A DNA stretch of 64,000 nucleotides from Stegostoma tigrinum (taxonomy: Eukaryota). Position numbers and translations under genes: made by a program. Below the pieces are notes generated by a model. It saw only the letters and a program-made list of their open reading frames with translations, did not search any database and was not told the DNA's origin. This document shows positions 37,983 through 51,185 of this stretch, in pieces. The stretch spans positions 47,911,205 through 47,975,204 of the forward strand of contig NC_081365.1 in the NCBI RefSeq assembly GCF_030684315.1, given 5' to 3'. Within the stretch, counting starts at the first letter, position 1. Every line of letters begins with the position of its first letter.

Positions 37983-40476
37983 CGGGAAACAACCCTGCAT
38001 TCCCGTCCTGTAACCACTGCAACTTAATCTCTGACTATCTGCAAACGGTTCGTGCTTCTGCTCAGGTGGTGGTCAGAGGCAAAGCAGAGGCAAGCGACGA
38101 AACGAAACTGTCAAACCGCCTGCACTCACAATGGAAAAGGCTGAGTGAGTAGGTCAGAGACCAGAGGTGATCGCCACTGTGTGCAAAGCAATGGGAATTA
38201 ATGCCCAACCTCGCTGTTTGTAGTATGGCAACACTTAGTTCATGTACATCTTTTCTATGTGCAATGTTATTTAATGCATTATTGCTTCCCTGTCGTGGAA
38301 GCTGCCATTCGATTTAACGAATGTTCAAAATTACGACCCCAGAATAAAGCCGGTAATTTGCAGAAAGTTGCTTGATATAATGTACACTGAGATCTTTCAC
38401 CATTTAGGGTTTGACTCACTCGCTTCCCAACCCCACCCCTACCCCCATCAGACTGTGTATTGCTCCAGGCAGATATTTAAGGAGCGCTGCTGACAACGAC
38501 GGAATGAACTCCTGAGAAATTTGGGAAGATTCCTCCCGCTTTAGAGAAATCACAACTTATCTGCCTTTTTTGTGGGGGGGGGGGGGAGTTCTTCATTGGC
38601 AGAAATATCTTCAGTAGCTCCACAAATCCTCATCCTACCTCCGCCCAATTATTGTTAAATAGCGTTGGAGAGAGAAATTCCTCGACTTGCTCGCGCGCTG
38701 AAAACTGGGATCAATGATTTCGTTAAAACAGTTGAAGTCGAATTCAAACGATTGACATACCATTTATAAATTACAAAAGGTTATCGCGTGGAAAGGTTGA
38801 AAATTCAATTTACAAGCCGCAGGGGAGATGGAAACAGATTACTGTAGAATTAATTTAGAAACCTTTTTTGGAATTCGGAGTTTAGGACAAGAATATAAAT
38901 TTCCAAGTACTCATACTAACGAATGAAACTATTTTTCAGAGGTGATGATAGTTAGCAAATGCAAAGAGATTTCTAGTGAGCCTGACCAGACCTAGATGAG
39001 AAAGTCGAACACCACTTGTATCTGACAGCGCATGGAACGTAATCAAATTGGTGAAAAATAAGACTTTCAGCTCCAGAACATTTAAATTTACAAAGGATCG
39101 AGTTAAATGCATGCATCAGCTAAATATCTGGTTTGAGATGTTGAGAGTAACGCTATGTGCCTATGACGTGTCACAATTCTATCCTGGAAAGGAAGTTGTG
39201 TTGCTCAGATGTTGCATCCTGCCGAAAGCGCTAGTTGCTACATATCAGCAACTCTCAACGCCAGATTATTTGTTTTTTCTTTGTCTGAAAGCTGCCCCCT
39301 ATTTCACATTGTTAAGCAACTGTTTAACTTTAGGTCTTGTTCATGGCAAAGCACCAAAATTCACACTTCTAACCTTGGTAATAATTAAGAAATCCCAAAC
39401 TGACGAGCCACAAATGATGCGTTTAACAACGTTAAGCCAGTACAAACCCCGAATATGTTGAAGTATCGCATTTGACCATTTCCACATTAGCTGCACTACA
39501 ATGAATACAAAGCGGCCACTGCTTAATGTAATGCCTCTGAATAGCAAGACATCTAGTCAATTTATAGGCAAACATTCAGAGATGAGCCAAGGGGAAGGGT
39601 TAAGTACAAAGAAGTTTACCGAAAAAAACTTTAAAGAAAAATGGTGTACGGATATGTAGAATGCGAATGTTGCTGGTGAGGGCAACAGTTATTGTCCATC
39701 CTTAATTATCTTTGAGAAGGTGGTGACGAGCCGTCTTCTTGAATCGCTGCAGTCCATGTATTGTAGGTACATCCGTAGTGCTGTTGGGTAGGGAGTTCTA
39801 GAATTTTGACTCAGTAACAGTGAAGGAATTATTTTGCAATTTTTTATTGCAAAAAGATACTGTATTCATTTAAAAAAACACTTTTTCATTAAAAATATCA
39901 ATATAGTTACGATTCAGGTTGGCCTGGAGGGAAACTTGCATACAGTGCATGCTGTCATTGTTCCATATTTCATCAGATTTTGTTCAGCAGCTTAATTATG
40001 CTGAACCCAGACTCATCAAGACACCTGATGGAATAGCAATGGCAAATAAGGCACTGAACATGTAAAACAGAAACAGATTTAATGGCCAAAAAATTCTGTT
40101 CATCATTGTTCACAGATAAATTTGACAATTTCAGTACATTTAGTTTAGTTAGCAATATCTTCACATTTTACAAAAGCCAAATTTTGTAGATGCAAATTTT
40201 TCATCAGAACTCTTTACATGCTTGTATATTTTGTGTAATCTTACAAAAACATGACAAATGTAGAGTTGAACTATATTATAAATCAGTGACTATTGTTTAG
40301 TGAAAATGCATAAGATGAACTTAAAAATGCAGAAATTCAAAAATATCTAATTTTTCAGACAACAACCCTTGGGTCAGATGGTCCAATAGTGGTAATATCA
40401 CTGGTTTGGTAATCTAGAGATCTAGGCTAATGCTCTGAGGATATGGACTCAAATCCCACCTCAGTAGCTGGTGCAG

Positions 40477-40935
40477 GTCAAGATGCATCATGGCTTGGTA
40501 CAGTAACTGCTCTGCCCTGGACTGTAAGAGAGCTACAAAGAGTTAGAACACAGCCCAGTCCACTATGCAAGCCACCCTTCCATCCATTGTCCCTATCTAT
40601 ACTTCTCACTGTCACGGAATGGTGGCCAACATAATCAAAAACGTCGCCCATTTGTCTTATAGTCTCTTTCAATCTTTTCCACTGTGCAGAAGATACAGAA
40701 AATTAAACACACAGACCAACAGATTCAAGAACAGCTTCTTCCCCGCTGTTATTATACTTCTGAATGGACCTCTCATATTTCAAATTTAATGCTGACCTTG
40801 TGCTTCATGTATCTTCTCTGCAGCTGTAACATTGTATTCCTCGCTCTGTTCTATTACCCTTATTCAGTCTGTACGATATGATCTGCCTATACAGCATGCA
40901 AAACAAAACTTTTCATTGTACTAGATGCATGTGAC
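40477..40935 (+). mobile_element. Rex1/Babar-type LINE 3' fragment
   Basis: W..N...L.RV..TAQ, RRYRKL..TNRFKNSFFPAVI.LLN C-terminus and AATAAATCAAATCAAA tail. Confidence 0.65.
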
Positions 40936-41129
40936 AATAATAAATCAAATCAAAGTTACAGTCAGTGACTATGTATCCGAAACTGAAAGCTGTCCTCATT
41001 AATGATGACAATAAAAATATTATTGCTTGTTGCAAAAACACATTTTGCTCACTAATGGCCCCGAGGGAAGGAAATCTTTTGGTCAACATGTGGCTCTAGC
41101 TCCACTACAATGTTGTTAACAATGCTGGG

Positions 41130-41470
41130 AGTAACGTGGTAGCTCAGTGGCTGGCACTGCTGTCTCATAGCGCCAGAGACACAGGTTCAATTCCACCCTC
41201 AGGCGACTGTCTGTGTGAAATTTTCACATTCTCCATGTGTCTGTGGGGCTTCCCTCTGGCTGCTCTGGTTTCTTCCCATAGTCCAAAGATGTGCCAGTTA
41301 GATGGATTGGCCATGCTAAATTGTCCATAGCGACTAGGTGGGTTAGCCATGGGAAATGTAAGGTTAACAGGGATCGGGAAGGGAGATGGGTCTGGGTGGG
41401 ATGTTGTTCGGACAGTCACAGTGGACTCGATGGGCTGAATGGCCTGCTTCCACACCAGAGGGATTCTATG
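41130..41470 (+). mobile_element. HE1/V-SINE-like tRNA-derived SINE, near full length
   Basis: A box GTAGCTCAGTGG, B box GGTTCAATTCC, central conserved core, CR1-like tail ending GATTCTATGA. Confidence 0.8.
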
Positions 41471-44400
41471 AAACTGCTGTCAGAAATGGTCGAGCAAACC
41501 ACTCAGTTTAAGGAATATAAGGATGTTCAACTGTCTTTGCCAGTGATGCCATTTCTCTTGAAAGAAAACAAAACTTACCTGAAGTCTGCAATCAACAGAA
41601 AGCATGGAGATCAAACTGTTAATCGAGCAAAATATATAATACACCCTCACTGTCAGCCTAGATAGCGTAATCCATGAGGTTGGGAAGACTTTTTTTTTCA
41701 TGATGATTCCAAGACTAGAGTATATTTATGCTTTCAACTTGAAACCTCATAACTGAATAGATTTGCTGAGGAAATGTGTTCATATGGGAGCTAAGTAATA
41801 CCAGCAATATGTCAAAGAGAAAAATTATGTGCAATGTATGTGGTGACAAGTACTTATTGAATACAATTGCTATTTTTTCCAAAGGTGTACCTGTATCTCT
41901 GGGGTAGCAAGTGGCTGATCTTATAAAATTCTCAGCACCACATTCAGCTTTATCAGTATGACTTGAAGCTGACACCAGGGCAGATATTCACACGCTAGAG
42001 GGATTTAGAAATTTAGAAAGGGAAACTTATAATGAGTCACAAACATTAAATTGTCTGATTCTGGAACACATTGAGGTTAATGGCGTGTGGAAGTACAAAA
42101 TTGAAAGTATCTTGATCCCCACCTCTTATAGGGGGTTTTGAAGATGGTTCCTGAGGAGAAACTTCATTGGTGAGCCCCTCCTTAGAATTACAGAACCCCT
42201 ACAGTGTGGAATCAGGCTCATCAATTCCATGCTGACCCTCTGAAGAGTATCACACCGAGACACATCCGACTATCCTATCCCTGTAACCCTGCATTTCCCA
42301 TAGCTAATCCACGCCATGGTAAATTTATCCCTGGTTTTGTTGTCATGGCATTATGTCTTTCCTTTCTACCATGCTCCGGGCACTGGCTCAAGATGTAGGA
42401 TTGTAAAAGAGTAAAAAGACTAAGCAGAGCCTGCCTGGGACTATAATGTAAATACTCCTTCTCTGAACACATCTCAATGTAAATCATATGTTCTTTAATT
42501 ATTTTATCATCTGGTTATATTCTTAAGATTAATTTAAATCCTGCTGGGTCTAAATTGGATAGCTTACAAAATTGGATGCAGGCTGCAGTCCTGAAAGAAG
42601 GTCAATGACCTCTACTGAGCGCTCAAAGTCAATGAATAATGCCTCATGTGCCATATCCTAGCATTGTACCAGTGGCCTCTAATACAGCTCAATGCCTTAT
42701 CTAGCAAGAAATCTTCTATAAATCATGTACTGAGTGAAGGGCAAAGCAGGAGAAAGAAATCCTTCTGGTGGTAATCAAAAACAACAGCATTACAAGGGTG
42801 GAGTTCACAATCTTGCTGTGAACCACCATAGTAAGGTTAAGTTCAGTTTGGGTTGTACAGAATTTATGGCACTAAAATAATTGAAATAGCAGATATGTTT
42901 GTACAAAAAGTGTTGGTAAATCAGAATTATATCAACATGCATCGATATAGGTGCAGGTTGTTTCTTAATGATCACAGGTGCACACAAGAATAAATTTAGT
43001 GATGTATCATGTATAACATTATATAAAATACACACTATTGATCTTTGAATTCCAATTTAATACCTGGGAGCTTTGTGGAATGATTTTAAAAAGAGACCAA
43101 AAACATTGACTTAAATTGGCCACAGGCATCGTTTGATCCACAGAAGCTTGAGTACAGGCTTTTTTTTATGAAACAACACAAATTAGGTCAAAGACCTAAT
43201 CTGAGCTGAAAATGACATATCTGCAATAAAACAAGTCATCAAACACAACCCCCTCTCCCCGGTATCATTGGCAGAGGTCTAAAGGTCTTACCCTCCTCTT
43301 TGATTTATACCATTATAAGAATCTTCACATGTTGAAGATACAACATCACCTACAATTATCAAACTTAAACATAACGAGCTTAGCATATAGGTGCAGGTTG
43401 TTTCTTAATGATCACAGATGCACCGAGCTTAGCAACAAAGCTGCTTTCTAACAATTCTCTTTTTGTCAGGGTTAGCAGGTAATAAAGGTATTTTTGTTAC
43501 TCAAGAGAAACTTGTGAATGGCTCCTTATGGAAATAGTACAAATTAGTTTACTGCAGTAATTGCAGAAGGCGTTGGTCATAAACCTTAACAACTTAACAC
43601 TTTGGTGCAACAGACCAAGAGGAGTGAAAAGAAGAAAGTTGGCTCAGCCCTTCTCATCTGATCATAACACAGGAGGAATGTTTTATCTTTTCATCTGCAT
43701 TTAACTGAGTCGGATTGGGAGATGTTGGGTGATTCTGACTTTCTTGAATAGTCACCCAGGAAAGATTGGGGGGCTTAAGACCAACTCCAACTCCAACTCC
43801 TGAGTAACTATGGAACTGATCCCTTCCTGTGACACTGTCTGATAGTCTCAACAACCTATGCCTATCTGAAACCTTTTTCCCTCGACACACTCTGATAGAC
43901 ATCTGTCCTGACTCAAGCTAACTACTGAATTTCCCCAGTACCATTTGAAAACTCCCTGATCTGAATCCATGACTCCCCATGGTCCAAACAGCCCCAAACT
44001 CACCACCTGACTCCTCCCTTGATCTGACCCAACTACTGCCCCGCTGACTCCTCACCTACCTCCCACTTACCCACACTTCACCTGCCACATTACCACTCTA
44101 TACCCACTTGCAACTCTACCAACTTGCCACTCTAATATTGAATGGGAAATAAGAAATAAAAACTAATCATGCTGGGAATTATTAAGTATCAATGTTATTA
44201 AGTGAATAAGTAAAATTGAGAAAAAAATTACATTTACAATGAGCCAATAAAAATCATTAAATGTTTAAAAGAAACAAGAAAATATAAGCTATGTAAATGT
44301 CTGAAAACATGCTACACAAGTTTCATGCAACTTACCTTGAGTTTCAATCCTTGTCCACTGCTGCCCTTTAATGGACATTTCAAATTTCCAAGTGTTGGTG

Positions 44401-45171
44401 AGGGAAGGGCATGGCATAATTCTTCTGTGCTGTTTTGAGGAGAATCTAATTTGAAGAGCTAGACACTTCAGCAAGCAGCCCGCTTTGGAACTGTATGAAA
44501 ACACTAGCACCTAAGCAGGGAGATTTTCCTACAATTGACAACGATCAAAACAGTTCTGATGCCTGTCTAAAGTTCCAGGCCAATATCTGCTGAAAGTAGT
44601 ATTTCATAGTAAGTAGCAAAAAATAACTCAGAACACTTCAAGGAGACTGCAGTAGTAAGACAAGTGAACATAGGTCAAACTGGTAAAAGACAAATCTAGG
44701 ACTAATGGAAAGTTCTTTAGCTACAAGGTAGTTAACACATGGCTTGGCCATCTGTAAAATTTAATATGGGAACACCATTGCTCTTGTTATCATCAAAATA
44801 GTTATTTACTCTTTTCAAGGGGACGTTCACCCGATAAGTGTGGATTAATGTTCAGACTTTCATAAACATAGGGTGCCTGAGTTCCCAAATCAGAATTAAA
44901 TACTAAGGTTGTTTGCTCTGGAGTTACAGTATATCAGCAGCCAACTTAAGGATGGCATCACTTTCACCATTTCCTGTGGTGAATTTCCTTGCGCTTTTTC
45001 TGCTCGGTGTTTTTGCTAGTGACGTGGAATGGCAAATCACATGGGACAAGCAGACGGGAATTCTCGCCTCCACTACAACCATCTGAGTTCACAGTTCTGG
45101 TGCTATCTTCAATATATTCAATCATCTGTCACTCACTGCAAATAGGAGCATTCCAAGATACAGACTGACAG

Positions 45172-45173
<2 letters not shown>

Positions 45174-45258
<85 letters not shown>
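45174..45258. repeat. (CA)n microsatellite, about 42 units
   Basis: Direct reading. Confidence 0.98.
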
Positions 45259-45264
<6 letters not shown>

Positions 45265-45384
45265 AACAATCCTCTGTGCTCCACAAGTTAATTGCTGCAA
45301 TTTACTCACTGCAACCTCAAACTCATGGGCCTTCACTCAGTTGAATTCGGGTGCTATACAGCCATGCTTCACATGTTTTATAAT

Positions 45385-46450
45385 GAACAATACTGTACAG
45401 GAAAAGGCCCTTCGGCCCTTCAAGCCTGCGCTGACATATTTTGCCCTTCCGTACTAAAACTCCCTTCAATTACAGGATCCATATCCCTCAATTCCCTTCC
45501 TGTTCAAGTATTCTTCTTGATGTTTCTTGAATGTTGCTATTGTGTCTACTCCCATAACCTCCTCTGTCAGCGCATTCCAGCCACTCACGACCGAACATGG
45601 CTCACCATCTCTTTTAAACTCTCCCCCCTCACACCTTGAACCTGTAACAATTGATCCCTCCACCCTGAGAAAAAGCTTCAAACTTTCCACTCCATGCCAT
45701 TCATATTCTTATAAACTTCTGTCAGGTCACCCCTCAAATTCCTGTGTTCCAGTGAAAACAAACTCAGTCTATGCAACTTTTCTTCATAGCTAAAATGTCC
45801 CAAACCAGGTAATATCCTGGTTAGCCTTTTCTGTACCCTCTCCAAAACATCCACATCCTTCTGCTAGTGTAGTGACCAGAACTATACACAACGTTCCAAG
45901 TGTGGCCTAACTGAAGTTCTTTAAAGTTGCAGCATAACTTGCCTATCTGTATACTCAGTGCCCCTTCCACCTTCAATACCTGCTCTGCTCCCTTCAGTGA
46001 TCTGTGAACCTGCACATGCACTCTGGGACCTCACTTGTGGCCAAAGAAGTTAAAAAGATGCTGTCAATGCTCCAGCAATTTGTTCTCTTGCCTCACACAA
46101 TATTCTGGGATGGATCCCATGAGGACCCAAGGACTTATCTATTTTAATACTTTTTAAGATGCTGAACATCCTTCCTTTTTAATAGCAACTTGGCTTAGAA
46201 ATTCAACACCCCCTTTCCTGAGATTATCCTCCACCAATTGCTTCTCTTTGGTGAATACTGATGCAATGTTTTCAAATGGGACCTCACCTGCCTTTTCTGG
46301 CTCCACACATAGATTCCCTTCTTTATCCTTCAGTTGGCCAACTCTTTCTCTGGCTACCCTCTTCCTTTTTATTTATGTATAAACTGCGTTGATTGTGTTT
46401 GCAAATGACTTTTCATGACCCTTTTTAGCCCTCCTAATCCCTTGTTTAAG
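45385..46450 (-). mobile_element. CR1 LINE fragments
   Basis: WNALTEEV, VQVHRSLK, and tail-proximal GAAAAGGCCCTTCGGCCC homologous to the 13396-15220 copy. Confidence 0.75.
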
Positions 46451-48639
46451 TTCTGATGTTTAATGATGTGTACTGAAAAGCTCATTACCACCTTATGTTC
46501 TAATATCTAACACTTCCTTGACAGTGTACTTCCAGCTCACTATACTGAGGAGGGATCAGCACCAGTCAGGGCTGTGCACATTTATCCTGTGTTCATGCAG
46601 ACACTCCCATCACATGCACCCCTTCTCTTTGACGATGAGATGATCCTACTGGTGAGTGAGGACCAAGCTCCCTGCTGGGCAGATGATCAGTTCGGCATGG
46701 CAAGAAGAAACATCATGATCTGCTCTTTTCAGATGTACTGGTTTTCTTACACATTCAGCTTATATCAGGGTGTCCAAATCTTCATCAACAAATTCTCCCT
46801 CTTCACTTCCACAAGCACAAGCAGTCAATAACAGACAGCAAAAACAGAAGTGGGCACAGCAGATGTCCAGCAGCACCAGCACAGAAACAGTCACCTTAGT
46901 AGGTACCTTAGATTAGATGTAGGGAGACACAATTTGGTGAACACATCACTGGCACGTGCCTGCAGCCACTGGAGGGAGAAACATCCTCAGGTCGTTGACA
47001 TTCAGAAGACTGCCGGTGACATGGCACCTGCTGAGCTCTGTGCAGAAGATGTACCTCTATACTTGGCCATGAGGTTAATCTGCAGACAGAGGCAAAAGAA
47101 AACAGATAGATAGGCCATAGGTTCTTACTGCAGGACGGTGTTTATTGAACTTTGAACTATGTCGCTCTGACACCTGAGATGTGGCTGCCCCGTGGAGACC
47201 CAGATCCAGCAGAACACTCCATGGCTACACTTGACTATCATTCCATCATTCCAGTCATGGGTGCTCATAGTCAATGCAAGGTGTGAAGGTCAAGAGGCAC
47301 CTCAACATCACTCTGGTTTCTCCTTCCTTTTGAGGAGATAGGGTGGTACCAGCAGATAACCACAAGGAAGAGCTTTCTGTCAGGACACTCCAGAGGTCCT
47401 CTAGCCATTTATCTCAATCTCCAAGCGACTTCATTGGCTGCAGCAGAGCAGGTCAAAGAGAGTGTATCTACACCCATGGAGGAGACTCTGAGAAGTCTTG
47501 GGCCCTCCAGATATAAGCCTGTTGAGGAAGCTCACCAAGGCCATCACTGTCATTGGGGAACACCAGCTAGCAGGCTCCCTCTATCTCTGCTGTACGTGTC
47601 GAGGCTACATCTAGACAGAGTGGGAGGCGAAGGAAAGTCAGTGTTGTTTTGAGGACACAGGCATGCATGCAATGTACATACTTTGGTTTCCATTAGCAGA
47701 CTGGACATTTTTAACACTTGAGGTTTAAAATGTACATCTAAGTGGCGTCTCTCAGCTGTCCTCAGGCAAGTCAGGAGGAGAAGTGTTAGCATCTGTGCAG
47801 TTCATAGTAATGAAAGCTTACAAGTGCTGCAAGGCTACATTGTTTGCTCCCAACAGGGCTGCAAGGACGGAGGGTGGAGAATGTGACTGCTGACGTCAGG
47901 TAGGATGCCACAGAAGTAGAGAGCACTCTGCATGCCCATTCTTGCCTTCTCTTTAATGAAGGCTAGCCCAGAGCAGTGCGACCTTTTGTGAGCCCCTTGT
48001 TAAGCAAGCTACAGCTATAGGTGCAACAGCTTCCTGCTTTGGAACATTTTCACATCACAAACAAACAATGGTGTGAAATTAAACACTGCTTGGTCAATGA
48101 GGTATGTTGAAACAAATACATAACAGCCTCTCAGCCAACTGCTCCATAATAAACCAGACATTGAAAGAAGTATGTCTGTATCACGCTGTCTCTCAGGAAA
48201 TCAGTGACTGTTAGGTTGTTCTATGCTCCTCTACTGCATTAGTATGTGTATAAGGACCCCTCAGGATTGTCAGGATCTCAGGATTCTTAGCCTCAACTTC
48301 CTCTTCAGTGAATACATCTCCCTCTATATTCCCTCTAATTATTCCTGCCACTGCGCTGACCTCAGAGTGTCCATGTGCGGTAGCAGTTTCTAGAACAGGA
48401 AGACGATTCTGGATCTGGAAGTGGGTTTGTGGCTTACAGTGAATATTGCTCTCATTTCTCCATGTCACCTTGTCCCATGATATCCACTGTTTGTTGAGCT
48501 TGGCAGCAAAATAACCATGTACTGCATTGCACCATCTGACCAGTAAACACCTCTGAATCTCACTTTCAGGATGTCTATGGTCTGCTTTCAATAGCCCATC
48601 AAAGGTATTTAGCACACTTGGCTTCATTGTTCACTCATT

Positions 48640-51185
48640 ATGGGTGTTACAGTCATGCTGTATTTGTACAGGATATTGATGAGGCCTCTTCTGGAATATT
48701 GTCTCCAGTTCTGGTCACCCAGTTATAGGAAGGATATTATTAAGCTAGAGATCGTTCACATTAGATTTACCAGGATGTTGCTGGGTATGGTGGGTTTGAG
48801 TTATAAAGGAAGCCTGTTTAGGCTCAGAGATAATGGGAAATGCAGATGCTGGAGATTCCAAGATAATAAAATGTGAGGCTGGATGAACACAGCAGGCCAA
48901 GCAGCATCTCAGGAGCACAAAAGCTGACGTTTCGGGCCTAGACCCTTCATCAGAGAGGGGGATGGGGGGAGGGAACTGGAATAAATAGGGAGAGAGGGGG
49001 AGGCGGACCGAAGACGGAGAGTAAAGAAGATAGGTGGAGAGGGTGTAGGTGGGGAGGTAGGGAGGGGATAGGTCAGTCCAGGGAAGACGGACAGGTCAAG
49101 GAGGTGGGATGAGGTTAGTAGGTAGCTGGGGGTGCGGCTTGGGGTGGGAGGAAGGGATGGGTGAGAGGAAGAACCGGTTAGGGGGGCAGAGACAGGTTGG
49201 ACTGGTTTTGGGATGCAGTGGGTGGGGGGAAGAGCTGGGCTGGTTGTGTGGTGCAGTGGGGGGAGGGGATGCACTGGGCTGGTTTAGGGATGCAGTAGGG
49301 GAAGGGGAGATTTTGAAACTGGTGAAGTCCACATTGATACCATATGGCTGCAGGGTTCCCAGGCGGAATGTGAGTTGCTGTTCCTGCAACCTTCGGGTGG
49401 CATCATTGTGGCACTGCAGGAGGCCCATGATGGACATGTCATCAAGAGAATGGGAGGGGGAGTGGAAATGGTTTGCGACTGGGAGGTGCAGTAGTTTGTT
49501 GCGAACTGAGCGGAGGTGTTCTGCAAAGCGGTCCCCAAGCCTCCGCTTGGTTTCCCCAATGTAGAGAAAGCCGCACTGGGTACAGTGGATGCAGTATACC
49601 ACATTGGCAGATGTGCAGGTGAACCTCTGCTTAATGTGGAATGTCATCTTGGGGCCTGGGATGGGGGTGAGGGAGGAGGTGTGGGGACAAGTGTAGCACC
49701 AACCGCCCCAAGAGGATCCCCCTCGTTCTCACACACCACCCTACCAACCTCCGGATACAACGCATTATCCTCCGACACTTCCGCCATTTACTATCCGACC
49801 CCACCACCCAAGACATTTTTCCATCCCCTCCCCTGTCTGCTTTCCGGAGAGACCACTCTCTCCGTGACTCCCTTGTTCGCTCCACACTGCCCTCCAACCC
49901 CACCACACCCGGCACCTTCCCCTGCAACCGCAGGAAATGCTACATTTGTCCCCACACCTCCTCCCTCACCCCCATCCCAGGCCCCAAGATGACATTCCAC
50001 ATTAAGCAGAGGTTCACCTGCACATCTGCCAATGTGGTATACTGCATCCACTGTACCCGGTGCGGCTTCCTCTACATTGGGGAAACCAAGCGGAGGCTTG
50101 GGGACTGCTTTGCAGAACACCTCCGCTCAGTTCGCAACAAACTACTGCACCTCCCAGTCGCAAACCATTTCCACTCCCCCTCCCATTCTCTTGATGACAT
50201 GTCCATCATGGGCCTCCTGCAATGCCACAATGATGCCACCCGAAGGTTGCAGGAACAGCAACTCATATTCCGCCTGGGAACCCTGCAGCCATATGGTATC
50301 AATGTGGACTTCACCAGTTTCAAAATCTCCCCTTCCCCTACTGCATCCCTAAACCAGCCCAGTGCATCCCCTCCCCCCACTGCACCACACAACCAGCCCA
50401 GCTCTTCCCCCCCACCCACTGCATCCCAAAACCAGTCCAACCTGTCTCTGCCCCCCTAACCGGTTCTTCCTCTCACCCATCCCTTCCTCCCACCCCAAGC
50501 CGCACCCCCAGCTACCTACTAACCTCATCCCACCTCCTTGACCTGTCCGTCTTCCCTGGACTGACCTATCCCCTCCCTACCTCCCCACCTACACCCTCTC
50601 CACCTATCTTCTTTACTCTCCATCTTCGGTCCGCCTCCCCCTCTCTCCCTATTTATTCCAGTTCCCTCCCCCCATCCCCCTCTCTGATGAAGGGTCTAGG
50701 CCCGAAACGTCAGCTTTTGTGCTCCTGAGATGCTGCTTGGCCTGCTGTGTTCATCCAGCCTCACATTTTATTAGCCTGTTTAGGCTGGCCTTTTTTTCAC
50801 TGGAGTGTAGGAGATTGAGAGGTTTATAGAGGCTTATAAAAATCATGAGGCGTGTTGACAGGGTTAATGATAGTTGACTTTTCCCTGGATGGGGAATATT
50901 AAGATTGGGAGCATATTTTTAAGGTGAGAGGAGAGAGATTTAAAAAAGACATGAGAGGCAATTTTTTTCCACGAATGGTGGTTCGCATGTGGGTGACACT
51001 CCTGAGGAAGTGGCGGATGTGGATAAAGTTACAAAATTTAAAAGTCATTTAGATAAATACATGAATAAGAAATGTGTGAGGGATATGGGCCAGGAGCAGG
51101 CAGATGGAACTAGTTTAGTTTAGGATTATTTTCGGCATGCGCTGGTTGGTCCAAAAGGTTCTATTTCTGTGCTGTATGACTCTAT
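48640..51185 (+). mobile_element. CR1 3' fragment nested in the Harbinger transposase, split by a PLE pair
   Basis: LYRILMRPLLEYCLQFWSP on the left; continuation and TGTATGACTCTATG tail on the right of the PLE. Confidence 0.8.
48825..50772. mobile_element. Two-armed inverted PLE insertion (minus arm 48825-49698, plus arm 49700-50772)
   Basis: 14-bp perfect TSD AGCCTGTTTAGGCT at 48811-48824 and 50773-50786; hammerheads at 48926-48953 (-) and 50684-50711 (+). Confidence 0.95.

Noticed and set aside
45133-45336. ORF with a CVCVCV run and nearby GTGAGT donor as an alternative leader exon
   Set aside because: It is the translation of the (CA)n microsatellite; a better signal-peptide exon exists at 37928-37982.
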